Below are positions 13,749-26,821 of a DNA stretch of 64,000 bases, piece by piece (within the stretch, counting starts at the first letter, position 1; each line of letters starts with the position of its first letter). The notes under the pieces are model-generated. The model saw nothing but the letters and a program-made list of their open reading frames with translations. It did not search any database and was not told the DNA's origin. The DNA is from Octopus vulgaris. Taxonomy: Eukaryota. The position numbers and the translations under genes are program-made. The DNA is taken from assembly GCA_951406725.2 (NCBI GenBank), contig OX597821.1, forward strand, positions 6,572,001-6,636,000. The letters run 5' to 3'.

Positions 13749-14256
13749 CACACACATATATATATCTTCTGATTACCTCATTTCTTCTAATATATAATAC
13801 CTGTACATCACACACACACACACACATATATATATATAAGATATGAATTAGAGATAAAATATATAAAATATAGTGTGTGTGTATGTATTCATGTATGTGT
13901 GTGTATGTATATGTATATATAGGCCTATACACACATGTATAGGTATACATACACGCATATATGTAAGAACTAAAATGTTTATGTGTACTTGCATGTATGT
14001 GTGTTGTTCAAGCAAATTAGGTATATGTAAAAATTAACACTTCTTTCTCCAAGCTTAGATTCGAAACCGAATCTAAGGATTCTCGCTCGTCCAAACCACC
14101 ACCATCAACAGGACAAAGAAAACTATTTTTTTTGTTCGCGCCTGTTGATGGTGGTGGTTTGAAAAAGCTGATTTCACTCCGACCTCATACACTCTTACCT
14201 GTCAAACTTGTTGCTTGTAATTTAAATGGCAATTTAGCGGTACATTAGTAGAACCA

Positions 14257-14489
14257 GAGGCGGCGAGCTGGCAGAAACGTTAGCACACCGGGTGAAATAC
14301 TTAGCGATATTTCTTCTGCCGCTACGTTCTGAGTTCAAATTCCGCCGAGGTCGACTTTGCCTTTCATCCTTTCGGGGTCGATAAATTAAGTACCAGTTAC
14401 GTACTGGGGTCGATGTAATCGACTTAATCCGTTTGTCTGTCCTTGTTTGTCCCCTCTGTGTTTAGCCCCTTGTGGGTAGTAAAGAAATA
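14257..14489 (+). mobile_element. SINE family B, young full-length copy with 18-bp TSD
   Basis: GGTACATTAGTAGAACCA at 14239-14256 and 14490-14507; B-box-like GAGTTCAAATTCC; near-identical copy at 18518-18752. Confidence 0.9.
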
Positions 14490-14699
14490 GGTACATTAGT
14501 AGAACCAATAAAAACTGGAACCAATTATTCTGAAGTAATTAGTCAAAGCTTTCTGCGTTCAAATCCTTCTGAGCTCAACCTTTATTTATTTTTTTAAACC
14601 CAGTGCCCTCACTCCGAAGCGATACCTTGTGTCAATGTGAGAAATCAATATTATATTATTTTGCATTCTTTCACGCAATAATTCATATATTTCCTAGGT

Positions 14700-16278
14700 G
14701 ATCTTTTATGGATATTTAATGGTGTACGACATGAAAGGAGCTGGAATGAATGAAAATAACAGAGTCGTTAATAAAATGAAACTGAAATTTTTTCTCTGGG
14801 AATCTGGAGGTTTATGTTTATATATAACAGAAGTAAGTGAACCTGGTAAACCCAAACGGCCAATAAAAATCTTGGCATAATTCATGATCATCATATCAGT
14901 GAAATACACAAATCTACCACGGGACACTAGCATAGCCAGACAATTGGGTCTAGCCGCATCTGATTTTGTTTCCTCATAACTTTCAGAAAAATGGATGGTT
15001 TTTTTAATGAGATTTTCTATCAATATCTTTCAAATGGTGTAGATTCTGATTGTATCGAATTTAAGGTGTTTAAATAAATAAATGGTGGGCGCGAACACAT
15101 TTTTTCAAAATTTCAAGTTTCATTTTGTAATGTATGTCGATATGTATCTGTGCACGAGTTCCATTTATTTTTCACATTAAATTATCTGCATTCATTTGAA
15201 ATGTATTTATTCCTTTACTTGTTTCAGTCATTTGACTGTGGCCATGCTGGAGCACCGCATTTAGTCGACAAATCGACCCCAGGGCTTATTCTGGTACTTA
15301 TTCTATCGGTCTCTTTTGCTGAACTGCTAAGTTACGGGGACGTAAACACACCAGCATCGGTTGTCAAGCGATGTTGGGGGGGGGACAAACACAGACACAC
15401 AAACATATACATACAAATGTATTTATGCTACCATATATACGACAGGCTTCTTACAGTTTCCGTCTACCATATATACGACGGGCTTCTTACAGTTTCCGTC
15501 TACCAAATCCACTCACAAGGCTTTGGTCGGCCCTAGGCTATAGTAGAAGACACTTGCCATGCTGTGGGACTGAACCCGGAACCATGTGATTCGTAAGCAA
15601 GCTACTTACCACACAGCCACTCCTACGCCTATTTGTAGAATCTTTCTTTTATAACAACCCAGTTTTCTAAAAGTTAACAGGGAAACAAAGTCGATTAGTG
15701 AGAATTATTTGAAACTCCTCTTCCAACGTCCGAAAAATTTTTTCACAACAAATTCCTATAATCTACATCATCTCAAATATATTTGTAGAAAATTGCGTTA
15801 AAAAATAAATACTCATTTTTCAAAAAGTTATGAGGAAACAAAGTCGACTCCTGCGAATTATCTGAAACTCCTCCTGCTGCCTCCAAAACAAATTCCGATA
15901 GAATTAAAATCTACAACACCTTCTGAAAAGTATTTGTAGAAAATTCTATTACAAAATATCTATTTTTCTGCAGGTTATGAGTAAACAAAGTCCATGGGGG
16001 GGGGGGAGGACATGTGTTGCTATGCTAGGATATTTACCATATACCTAGTAATACTCGAACTACCATTGAGTCGGCGTCGGTTATGTATTGTCTGGATTAA
16101 TTAGCTGTTAAGTGATGTGCTGCTGTAATCAGTCAATACGTTCCATTCTCTTTCACGTAATAAAAATATGGTACCATTTTCAGTTTCATTTTATTGCCGA
16201 TTATGATTTTCATTGACTTTCATTCACCTTACTTAACTCTTTATTGCTCACCATTATTTGCCCATAAAACCTAAGATC
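14700..16278. mobile_element. Long-TIR non-autonomous DNA transposon with a nested SINE
   Basis: Imperfect ~90-100-bp inverted ends including perfect AATAAAATGAAACTGAAA (14770-14787) / TTTCAGTTTCATTTTATT (16178-16195); internal ~140-bp degenerate tandem units at about 15660-15990. Confidence 0.55.
15210..15630 (-). mobile_element. SINE family A with an internal ~39-bp tandem duplication
   Basis: Family A sequence; TACCATATATACGAC(A/G)GGCTTCTTACAGTTTCCGTC repeated twice at about 15429-15505. Confidence 0.8.
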
Positions 16279-16980
16279 GCCCCCCCCCCGTTTCCTAACT
16301 ACCAGAATTACTGGATCCTGTTCAATTTCTTCCAACCACCTGATGACGTAAATTGCTTTCATTTTGTCGAGAAATTAATAACGAAGAAGTTACATTGGCT
16401 TAAATGACATGGTTTTAAATGTGCGTAACTTCTTTATTTCTCGAAATAAAAAAATTAAAAAAATGAAGGTGATTTTCATCATCAGCAAGCAAAACTAGAG
16501 TGGCTGAATGAAATTTAACGAAATCCGAATTACCATGTTTACAAACATCATCTCAAATATTACACAATTGCCGATATTTTACTTTGCGGCGCTTGATAGT
16601 TTTTCTTTCCTGTCGACTCCTACACATTTCTTTCTAATTTCTACTTCATTGAGAGGTTTTTATTCACATTCATGCATGCACTTCCGGTTGGCTTCTTTTA
16701 TTTTTTTTTGGTTTCATTTCTTTTTGTTTTAATCTTCAGCTGCTGTTTACATATGAGGGTTGCTGAAAAGTTCCTGGCTTTAAGGGTGTCGCGAAAGGCC
16801 TGGCTGGAGGTCCAGCCTTCCGAGTTCTTTCTACAGGTCTTAGAAAAACTGAATGACCACTGCAATAGGTGCATGAATCTGCGAGGGGTTTTGTTGAATA
16901 AAGTCATAATTAACTGATCCCTGTATTTCCTTTTACCCAAAGCCAGGGACTTTTCGTATGTGTATATATATATATATATA

Positions 16981-17190
16981 TCATCATCATCATCATCATC
17001 GTTTAACGTCCGTTCTCCATGCTAGCATGGGTTGGACGGTTCGACTGGGGATTTGGGAAGCCAGATGGCTGCACCAGGCTCCAGTCTTATCTGGCAGTGT
17101 TTCTACAGCTGGATGCCCTTCCTTAACGCCAACCACTCCGTGAGTGTAGTGGGTGCTTTTTACGTGCCACTCGCACAGGTGCCAGGCGAG
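16981..17190 (-). mobile_element. SINE-like family C ((GAT)n tail, GGAAGGGCATCCAGCTGTAGAAAC core)
   Basis: CATCATCGTTTAACGTCCG...CTACAGCTGGATGCCCTTCC; copies at about 19665-19900, 20035-20290, 21421-21720, 49155-49310, 53195-53345, 57095-57366, 59775-59930 and 60578-60722. Confidence 0.75.
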
Positions 17191-18291
17191 GCATTGAAAA
17201 GTTCCTGGCTCTAAGCGTATTGCAAAAACCTGGCTGGAGGCCCAACCTTCCGAGTTCCTTTCCCGGGCTTAGAAAGACTGAAGGACCGCAACAATAATTG
17301 AGTGAATCTGAGAGGGGACTATGTTGAATAAAATTAAGATTAAGTGATCCTTCTGATTTTTCTTTTACTCAAAAGTCAGGAACTATTTGTTATACTCGAG
17401 ATGAGTGGCCAGCTTAGCTCTTTGCAGATAAACGATGTTGAGTGTTTCATAGATATCAGAAAAAGAGCATATTCGTTATACTTTGAAGCATGTAAGGTGA
17501 ATGATGTGCCTGTGCAGTGGGATCAAACCTGCAGTTTCAAAATGAACTTCTTATTCACACTGCATGTCTGCTCCTAGGGACCCTGCCTTGTAGTTATGGT
17601 TGTTGGTTTAAACCTAGGTTCTTCATTGAGCAGAGTTTTTGTACATTATGGAGTACATTATTCAATGTGAATATCTAAAATGCTACGATATAATTCAAAG
17701 AGGATTTGGCTGCTATTTCTAGTAGGCTGAACAATTCCATAAAAACTCTCTTATTGGTTTGTTTCTGATGAAATTTGACCAAACTGGAGATGTGGTTTTG
17801 TCTTGTTACTGCTGGTTACTTCTTTTATTTTCCATTTCTGTTACTCAGTGTCTCTTTCTCCTAAATTCATCCAAATGGGTTTAATTTTTCTTTTGGGAAG
17901 ACCCTTGAAGGGATTTAATTTTTCTTTCAGGAAACCCTTCAAAGGTTCTTAGTTATTTGACTGCGGCTCCAGTGTAGCCACAGTCAAATGACTGAAACAA
18001 GTAATAGAATAAAAGTATGGGATGGGCAAAGCTGTGACCATAGGCTTGCTTGATGAGGGATGACCTTGGGCTAAACAACAACAAATAAATATATAGAAAA
18101 GCATATTAGGTAATGTTCTATATATACTATCTCCAGTGGATGATGGGGTGTACAAGAACTAGTTGAGGTCACAAAGGGGTAGCCAACCTCATCTAGAAAA
18201 TGGGCTTGAAAAGAAGTGCCCCTTGAAAAGTTGAGCTGAGCAAGCAAATACCTTCAACATTTCTATGCAAATACCTTCAACCTTTGAACTA

Positions 18292-18905
18292 AGGTGGCGA
18301 GTTGGTAGATACGTTAGCATGTGGGGCGAAATGATTTGCGGTATTTCATCTATCTTTACGTTCTGAGTTCAAATTCCCCCAAGGTCAACTTTGCCTTTCA
18401 CCCTTTTGGGGTCAATAGATTAAGTACCAGTTGCATACTGGGGTCGATCTAATCGACTGGCCTCTTTCCCTCAAATTTTGGGCCTTGTGCCTAGAGCAGA
18501 AAAGCATATCTTTTTAAAGGCGGCGAGCTGGCAGAAACGTTAGCACGCCGGGCAAAATGCGTAGCCGTATTTCACCTGCCACTACGTTCTGAGCTCAAAT
18601 TCCGCCGAGGTCGACTTTGCCTTTCATCCTTTCGGGGTTGATAAATTAAGTACCAGTTATGCACTGGGGTCGATATAATCAACTTAATCCGTTTGTCTGT
18701 CCTTGTTTGTCCCCTCTGTGTTCAGCTCCTTGTGGGTAGTAAAGAAATAGATATTTCGTCTGTCTTTCAAATTCTGCTGAGGCCAACTTTGCCTTTCATC
18801 CTTTCGGGGCTGATAAATCAAGTACCAGTTGCATACTGGGGTTGACCAAATTGACTGGCTCCCTTCCCTAAAATTTCGAGTCTTGTGCCTAGAGTAGAAA
18901 AGAAT
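18292..18905 (+). mobile_element. Cluster of three SINE family B copies or fragments
   Basis: GGTGGCGAGTTGG and GGCGGCGAGCTGG heads at about 18293 and 18519; repeated CTTTGCCTTTCATCCTTTCGGGG. Confidence 0.8.
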
Positions 18906-19229
18906 ATTATGTGTATTAAACACTAAGTGAATATATACACATATTGGCAATGCAAAAGTTATTAAATTAAGCAATCTTTTGTGAAGGGATACTTGTATAT
19001 AAGTGAAGTTACTAGTTGTAGGCATAGCTTGTAAATGCTTATCAACATGTGTGCCTATTTTGGATTCAGTCTCATTGAATTCCTGGGCCCACCTAAGCCA
19101 CATGAAAATTTGCTGAAGGGAAACTGAAAGAAGCTCATCATGTGCATGTGTATATATTGTATATATATTGTGTATATGTGTGTGTGTGCACATATAGATA
19201 TATATGTGGGTGTGTGTATATATATTTTT

Positions 19230-19607
19230 TCTTTTATTTGTTTCAGTCATTTGACTGCAGCCATGCTGGAGCACCGCCTTTAGTTGACAAATCGACCCTA
19301 TTCTTAGTAAGCCTAGTACTTATTCTATTGGACTCTTTGCCGAACCGCTAAGTTACAGGGATGTAAACACACCAGCATCATTTATCAAGCAATGGTGGGG
19401 GGGGGGGGAGACAAACACAAACACACAAACGCACACACATATATACATATATATATACGATGGGCTTCTTTCAGTTTCCATCTACCAAATCCACTCACAA
19501 GGCTTTGGTCGGCCCGAGGCTATAGTAGAAGACACTTGCCCAAGATGTCACGCAGTGGGACTGAACCCAGAACCATGTAGTAAGCAACTACTTACCACAC
19601 AGCCACG

Positions 19608-19610
<3 letters not shown>
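19230..19610 (-). mobile_element. SINE family A
   Basis: Full-length reverse match to family A. Confidence 0.8.
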
Positions 19611-19642
<32 letters not shown>

Positions 19643-21354
19643 TTATATATATGTATATATATTGTCATCATCATCATCATCATCATTTAACATCCGCTTT
19701 CCATTGCTGACATGTATAGATGGTTTGAGTGGCACTGGCAAACCAGAGAGCTGCCCCAGGTTCCAGTCTGATTTAGCATAGTTTGTACAGCTGGATGCCC
19801 TCCTTAATGCTAACCACCCCAAGAGTATAATGGGTGCTTTTAACGTGCCACTGGCATAGGTGTCATTTACACAACACTGGCAAAGGCCATGACATTTCCA
19901 CGTGAGTCATTTACTGGCAATGAACATGACTATGTTGCCAATGGCATGTGTGTGTGTGTGTGTGCACATATATATGTGTATATTTATATATGTATAGACA
20001 CACACACACACACACACATGTGCACTATCTGATTGGCACCCGTGCTAGTGGCATGTTAAAAGTATCATTCAAGCGTGGTCAATGCCAGTCCCGCCTGACT
20101 GGCTCCTGTGCTGGTGGCATGTAAAAAGCACCATTCAAGCATTGTCAATGCCAGTACCGCCTGACTGGCCCTCGTGCCAGTGGCACATAAAAAGTACCCA
20201 CTATACCCTTGGAATGGTTGGCATTAGGAAGGGCATCCAGCTGTAGAAACATTCCCAGGTCAGATTGGATCCTGGGGCAGCCTTCTGGTTTATTTACATA
20301 TTTGTCCAGAATCACGCCGGACGTGAAAGAGAGAAAATAGTAATTCAGTGAAGGAGAAGTAGTGAGAGTAATAGCCCTGACTGAGAGGGAGTGAGAGAAA
20401 GTAATAGCAATGAGAGAAAGGAAGGGGTGATAGATGAATTAAGAAGGAAGGGGTGAAAGAAAAAATCATCATTTCAACAGTGTGAGTATACATGTGTATG
20501 TGTATGCACGTACAAGGGAAGTATGTGAATGTTTGTATGTGTGATTATTATGTAATTTATGACTAATTATGTACTTTATGGCTAATTGTAGTATTTTGTA
20601 CCTTATTTATATATAAAATACGACAATTAGCCATCATTATTGATGGCACATGGTCAGCTAGTTCATCAGAAACACATGAAAGAAGATGGTCCACTTGTAA
20701 CAGAAGACTTTCAATTGTATATTTTAAGTGGAACTGTACTACTAACACTGCCACTACGGATGCACTCTACCAGTGTAGTTAGGTAGAGCTGTACTATTTA
20801 ACACTTACTGACTCTGTCTTCCATCTTCTATCATCTATCTTTAATCTTTTACTTGTTTCAATCATTTGGTTGTGGCCACACTGGGGCACTGCCTTGAAGA
20901 ATTTTTAGTCAAATGACTTGAGCTGGGGACTTATTTTTTAAAGCCTGGTACTTAATCTATCAGTCTCTTTGGCCAAACTGCTAAGTTATGGAGTTATGGC
21001 CATAAACACACCAATACCGATTGTCAAGCAGTGGTGGGGGATAAACACAGACACAGATCCATGCACACACATGTGTGAAGGTGCGTGGCCCAGTGGTTAG
21101 GCTGTTGCATTCACGATTGCTAGATTGTGGGTTCAATTACCAAACTGGGCAGCACCTTTTCTTTGTATATACTTATACACACACACATATATATATATGC
21201 ATACATAAACACACACATATATTATATACACGCACACATATACATACACATCATTTATATATATATATACATATATATATTAGACAAAATGAGATAACAA
21301 ACCCAAGGCTGTGAGGAGTTTTCAGGATATCTATAAGGAAAAAGATATAGATAT

Positions 21355-21404
21355 GGTCTTACAGCTGTTTCTGGGATATTTTGAATATCCCTTCATCAGC
21401 GATG
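21355..21404 (-). ncRNA. Penelope-type hammerhead ribozyme-like motif with damaged stem I
   Basis: Minus strand: CUGAUGA-A-GGGAUAUU/CAA/AAUAUCCC-A-GAA-ACAGCUGU (palindromic stem III)-A-AGACC. Confidence 0.5.
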
Positions 21405-22000
21405 ATGTGAGATGGTTAAATCATCATCATCATCATTATCGTTTAACGTCCGCTTTCCATGCTAGCATGGGTTGGACGGTTCAACTGGGGTCTGGCAAGC
21501 CCGAAGCCCGAAGATCTGGCAGTGTTTCTACAGCTGGATGCCCTTCCTAACACCAACCACTCCGAGAGTGTAGTGGGTGATTTTATGTGCCACCGACACA
21601 GGTGCCAGACGAGGCTGGCAGACGGTCACGCTCGGATGGTGTTTTTTATGTGCCACCTACACAGGTGCCAGACGAAGCTGGCAGACGGCCACGCTCGGAT
21701 GGTGTTTGTTACGTGCCCACAGAGGTAAATATTTGAGTTTGAAATAAGGAATTATTATGGAAAAGGAGGAGATAGAGAATATAGAAATAACATATAAAAT
21801 ATATAAAGATATTGTAGTTGCAGTTCCGTTATTCAATGAGATTAGTGTATAGAAGTGGTAAAAATGTTTCCTGTACATGGTATGTAAAGTTCCAACAGTA
21901 GTTCATGTAGTCTTGGATTCTGTGTTGCTCCTTTGAAAGGGTTTTACTTACTTACTTGGCATTACCTGCCACTCTTTGGGCCTTCTAGATACTAATACCT

Positions 22001-22038
<38 letters not shown>

Positions 22039-22151
22039 GGTCCTGGGTTGAGTCGGGGTTAACCACAGTAAATAGGTACTCAATACATAGCAGAGTAAAT
22101 TAATTTATTTTATAGAGTTACAGATAGAACTGTCATTCAAATGAAATCATC

Positions 22152-22210
22152 AGAAGCTCCTGATGATTTCTTTTGAATGAAACAGTTCTAGTCCTGTAGA
22201 AGCTCCTTCT
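22152..22210 (+). ncRNA. Type I hammerhead ribozyme-like motif within an inverted pair
   Basis: AGAAGCUC-CUGAUGA-UUUC/UUUU/GAAU-GAA-ACAG/UUCUAGUC/CUGU-A-GAAGCUCCUUCU; an inverted partial copy lies at about 22124-22160. Confidence 0.5.
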
Positions 22211-22365
22211 ATAAAATAAATTATATATATATATATATATATAAGGCAAATAAGAAAATCCTGGGTAAATTCCTGTTTTACCCACCTCATACCTAGTATT
22301 CAATTGCAATACTGCCCTGCAATAGTAATCACTTGGATATAATAAATACCAGCAGTATATTGGAT

Positions 22366-22789
22366 ATTTCATGTCCTGATACATTTCCTGCTGTGGCTGT
22401 GTAGTCCTATCCTGGACAAACACTCCCTCTGGCAGGTACCGCAAATGTAGCGAAGACTGTTCCTGGCTGGTTGTAATGCCATAGTTTCTTGTTGACGTCT
22501 CTTCTTTTCTTTCCATTTCTCCTCTCTCTCTCTGTCACTCCTTTGTATTCCCTCTTTTATGGTACGTCGCCATACTCCACAGTTGCCGGCAACTGCCTCC
22601 CAACCGCTAATATTGATGTTGCAGGCCTTCATGTCCCTTTTGCAAACATCCTTGTAGCGTAAGATCGGTCTACCCACAGACCTAGTACCCTTAGCAAGCT
22701 CTCCGTAGAGTATGAAATGTAAAAGCCGGACTAGACTACTTTATGCGCAACTCCATTGTATCCCGAGACAAAAAGGATGCCAACAACAA
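22366..22789. mobile_element. 5'-inverted RTE-clade LINE insertion (ORF C-terminus on -, 3' UTR and (CAA)n tail on +)
   Basis: Minus strand ILYGELAKGTRSVGRPILRYKDVCKRDMK...CGTCQRECLSRIGLHSHSRKC is a typical RTE C-terminus with zinc finger; 13-bp TSD ATATTGGATATTT at 22357-22369 and 22789-22801. Confidence 0.85.
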
Positions 22790-22858
22790 TATTGGATATT
22801 TATTATCCCTTAGATGGTTGCTTAACCTCTAACTCATAACAGACATATACATACATAT

Positions 22859-22891
<33 letters not shown>

Positions 22892-24015
22892 CTAACAAAC
22901 ACTTTCATTCTATTTAAATAGAGTTTACTATTAACCACATGCCATCACTAACATACACTTCTATTCCATTTAAGTAGGTACTATTAACACCTACTACCAC
23001 TAACACTCACACTTCTATTCCATTTAATTAGTACTGTACTATCACTAAAACTTGCTGTCATTCTATTTACATTTTTATATATATATTCACTTATTACATT
23101 TTTTTTTATCTGTTTTTGTTTCATTCTTTCATTTTCTCATTCATTCAACCCTTTTGCCTTTCTACCCCCACCCCACCTCTCTCCCTTTCTCATTCCCTTT
23201 CTCTCCTTTCCTCATTTCATTCTTCTCCCTTTCTCTTTTAATGCATTCCCCCTCCCCTGCCTCCTGTTTCATACCCCCCCACGCTTTATATTTCATTCCA
23301 TCACCGCCACCACCCACCCACCCCACCCTTTCTCTTTTGTTCCTATGGTCATTGTTCTATCATTATTTTACTGTTCGATTCCTGTTTCTTTCCCCACCAG
23401 AAATTCATCCCCACCCTATAAAACCCTCCCCTCCCACCCCACCCTAATATATGTCATATTTTTTTCCATATCCCTCATTTTCCTTACTTTTTTTGCTCCC
23501 CTCCTTCTCCCTCTCCCCTAATCTCTCTATTTCTGTCTCTCTATTTGTTCCTTTTCTCATATTACCTTCTTCACTCACTCTGTCTCTCTATATTCCAAAC
23601 ATCCCTCTTCTTCTTCTTCTTCTTCTTCTTCTTCTCTCTCTCTCTCTCTCTCTGCCTCCACTTCCTTCTATGTCATACACAGAGCAAAAGTAGTAGTAAC
23701 AGCAATACTAGTAGCAGTTGTAATAGTAGCGATAATAGTAATAATAATAGTAACAGTAGTAGTAGTAGTAGTAGTAGTAGTAGCAGACCTATTTAGTCGT
23801 GGACTCCATTCTACCAAGCACTTTTACGTATTAGACATATCATCCTTCTTCCACAAGACAGCAATATAATATTACTGTAAATCTGTACATGTGTATATAT
23901 ATATACATATATACATCTGTACGTGTATGATGGTGATACATGCATACATGTACATATATATATATATATACACATATATATGTATATATACACATAAATA
24001 TGTATATATATATAC

Positions 24016-24134
<119 letters not shown>

Positions 24135-24229
24135 CATATCTATATCTATATGTAAATATATTATATACATATATATATATATTTAGATATTTATATCTAC
24201 ATGAAGATGTATGTATACATAAAGATATA

Positions 24230-24295
<66 letters not shown>

Positions 24296-25866
24296 TTATG
24301 TGCTCACATTACAACACATCAACGCTGCTCTGTTTAGCAGCATTTCTACTCTCCTACTGCATCACACTGCAATACCACTGCCACCACCACCACCACCACC
24401 ACCATCATTCTCCTACTGTATCATACTCCAGCATCACTACTGCATCGCCACACTCCTCCCTCCATACCATTGCACCGTACTCCTACAGTACCACTACCCC
24501 ACAATTGTATGACATTACTACATTATGCTACACTATTGGACTTACGGTTCTACATCATGAACTAAAATGATGGGCTTCTGTGTCGTCTTTCAACATGCTA
24601 GAAATAGCAGCCCAAATCTCTCTCAAATTACACATTAGTGTCATTAGAAAAGAGGACGTCAGATAACATGGCCCTGACTTAACCCCTATTTATAAGGAAA
24701 AAACAGGACGGTCACACTCAATCAGAGCTGACCTGGGGCTTAACAACAACAACAGCAGCAGCAGTAGTAGTATCACTTACATTACCACTGTTCCCATAAT
24801 GCATTGTTTTGACCTGACAAGGCTGCAAGTGAAAGTGAAACTCACTGTGATCAGCAGACTAAAGATTCCTTTTTGCATGAATGGCAAAAATATTTAGCTT
24901 CATTCCTTCATGTTCTGGGTTCAAACAGTGGTGGAGTGGACTTTGCCTTTCATCTTTTCCCAAAATCAATAAAATAAGATGCAGGCAAGTATCTGGGTCG
25001 ATTCAATTGACTGTGTGTACCTATTGCTGAGAAATCTGTGCCATTATGCCATCCGTACCATTGTAACAAAAAAATAATCAATATTTAGATCTGTTTCTTT
25101 TACGTTCTAACTTCCAGTTCCAGCGATGTTGACTGTGTGTCATTTATCTCTTGCTCTTTTTACTCTTTTCAGTAGATTTAGTACCAGTCATCTATCAGGG
25201 TTGATTTGCTGTCATTATCATTACCATTGCTGTCATCACCATCGCTGTCATTATCATCGATGTCACTACTATCATCATCACCGCCATCTTCATCATCACC
25301 ACCATTTTCATCATCACCACCATCTTCATCATCACTACCACTATCATCGCCACCACTACCAGCCATAATCACCATCATCATTATCGTCGATATCATCATC
25401 GTCATCATCATTAACATCAGCATTGGCGTCAATGCTGCCATTGTGTTCCTCATTCTCCTCACCATCATCATCATTGTCACCACCACCACCACCACCACCA
25501 CCAGTCATCCTCCTCCTCCTCAACATCATCCTCATCATTGTTACTATCTTCTTCTGGTTTCACGTTCTGAGTTCAAATTCCACCAAGACAACTCTGCATT
25601 TCCTCTTTTCAGGATTGATAAAATAAATACCATCCAAGCACTGGGGCTGATGTAATCAACTTACATATTCCTCCCAATTATCAGGCTTTGTGCCTCTGGT
25701 AGAAAGGGCTTAATGGCATTTCATCTGTCTTTATATTCTGAGTTCAAATCCTGCTTAGGTTTGCTTTGTCTTTCATACTTTCAGGGTCAATAAAATAAGT
25801 ACTAGTTAAACACTGGATTGATGTAATTGAATCATTATTATTATTATTATTGTTATTATTATTATT

Positions 25867-25990
25867 CAGTAGTTTTATTTTTATAGCGTGCTTTCACTTC
25901 ACTATTGAGTGCAGCTCTGTGTGCCTTGGATGTGTGCTGTGGTTTGCTGTGATGCTCTTATGGTTACTGTATTGAAAGTATATTGAAAGT
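25867..25990 (-). mobile_element. 3' end fragment of a Dong/R4-like LINE within (TAA)n
   Basis: Minus strand ends in ...LSIQ* followed by a short UTR and (TAA)n; embedded in TTA repeats. Confidence 0.45.
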
Positions 25991-26039
25991 TATTATTATT
26001 ATTATTATTATTATTATCATTATTATTATTATTATTATT

Positions 26040-26767
26040 GAGTGAGAGAGCAGAGTATGCCATCAAAGTAACACTGGGGTAAAATATACGAAGCTCAGTA
26101 TACCCATCATGATTACTCGTCTGATAAGGGTACACCAGGCACATGCATCACAACCATATGTGCGCGACATGGTGATTTTATATCAAGATAAACAGTGCAT
26201 AACCTTGCAGGTGAGGCCCAGTTAGAATTTTCTTCAGGTTAAATAGCCCATCCTGCTCAAAAGAGTTGTTTCCAAAGGTGAATTGTCCAAACTCCAAAGA
26301 AATCCTCTCAACATACGGCTATGATGCTCCCCCACTACTTCTGCTTGTGATCAGAGATGCACATATCGCCAGCCACTAAGGGACATGCTCAACTGGTTAA
26401 GGTCAAACAACTGACAAACAAATCTGTGGTTTTGAGTGGAATATTTGGTGTAGCCCATCTTTTATACCAAGACAAAACAATGTACGTAACACTTCCAATC
26501 AGTTAAGATCAGAAGCCATGAGAGTCTCTCCCAGTTAGAATTTTCTTCAGGTTAAATAGCCCATCCTGCTCAAAAGGTCCCTGAATAAGGGTTGTTTAAG
26601 GATGTTGAAAGAACCACCCATATTTCCAAAGGTGAATCATTCAAACCCCAAAGAATTCCTCTCAACACATGGCTATGATGCTCCCCCACTACTTCTGCTC
26701 GTGATCAGAGATGCACATATCGTCAGCCACTAAGGGACATGCTCAACTGGTTACGGTCAAACAACTG
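26040..26767. mobile_element. (TAA)n-associated non-coding repeat family D, with partial tandem duplication
   Basis: Highly similar to 27265-27655; the segment CCAGTTAGAATTTTCTTCAGG...GGTCAAACAACTG occurs twice (about 26218-26413 and 26531-26767); flanked by (TTA)n. Confidence 0.75.
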
Positions 26768-26772
26768 TGTTA

Positions 26773-26817
<45 letters not shown>

Positions 26818-26821
<4 letters not shown>

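Noticed and set aside
20643-20786. 47-codon ORF MAHGQLVHQKHMKEDGPLVTEDF...
   Set aside because: No recognisable homology and weak splice context
25126-25655. His-rich, Ser/Pro-rich and Asp-rich ORFs
   Set aside because: Degenerate (CAT/CAC)n microsatellite that is open in several frames on both strands
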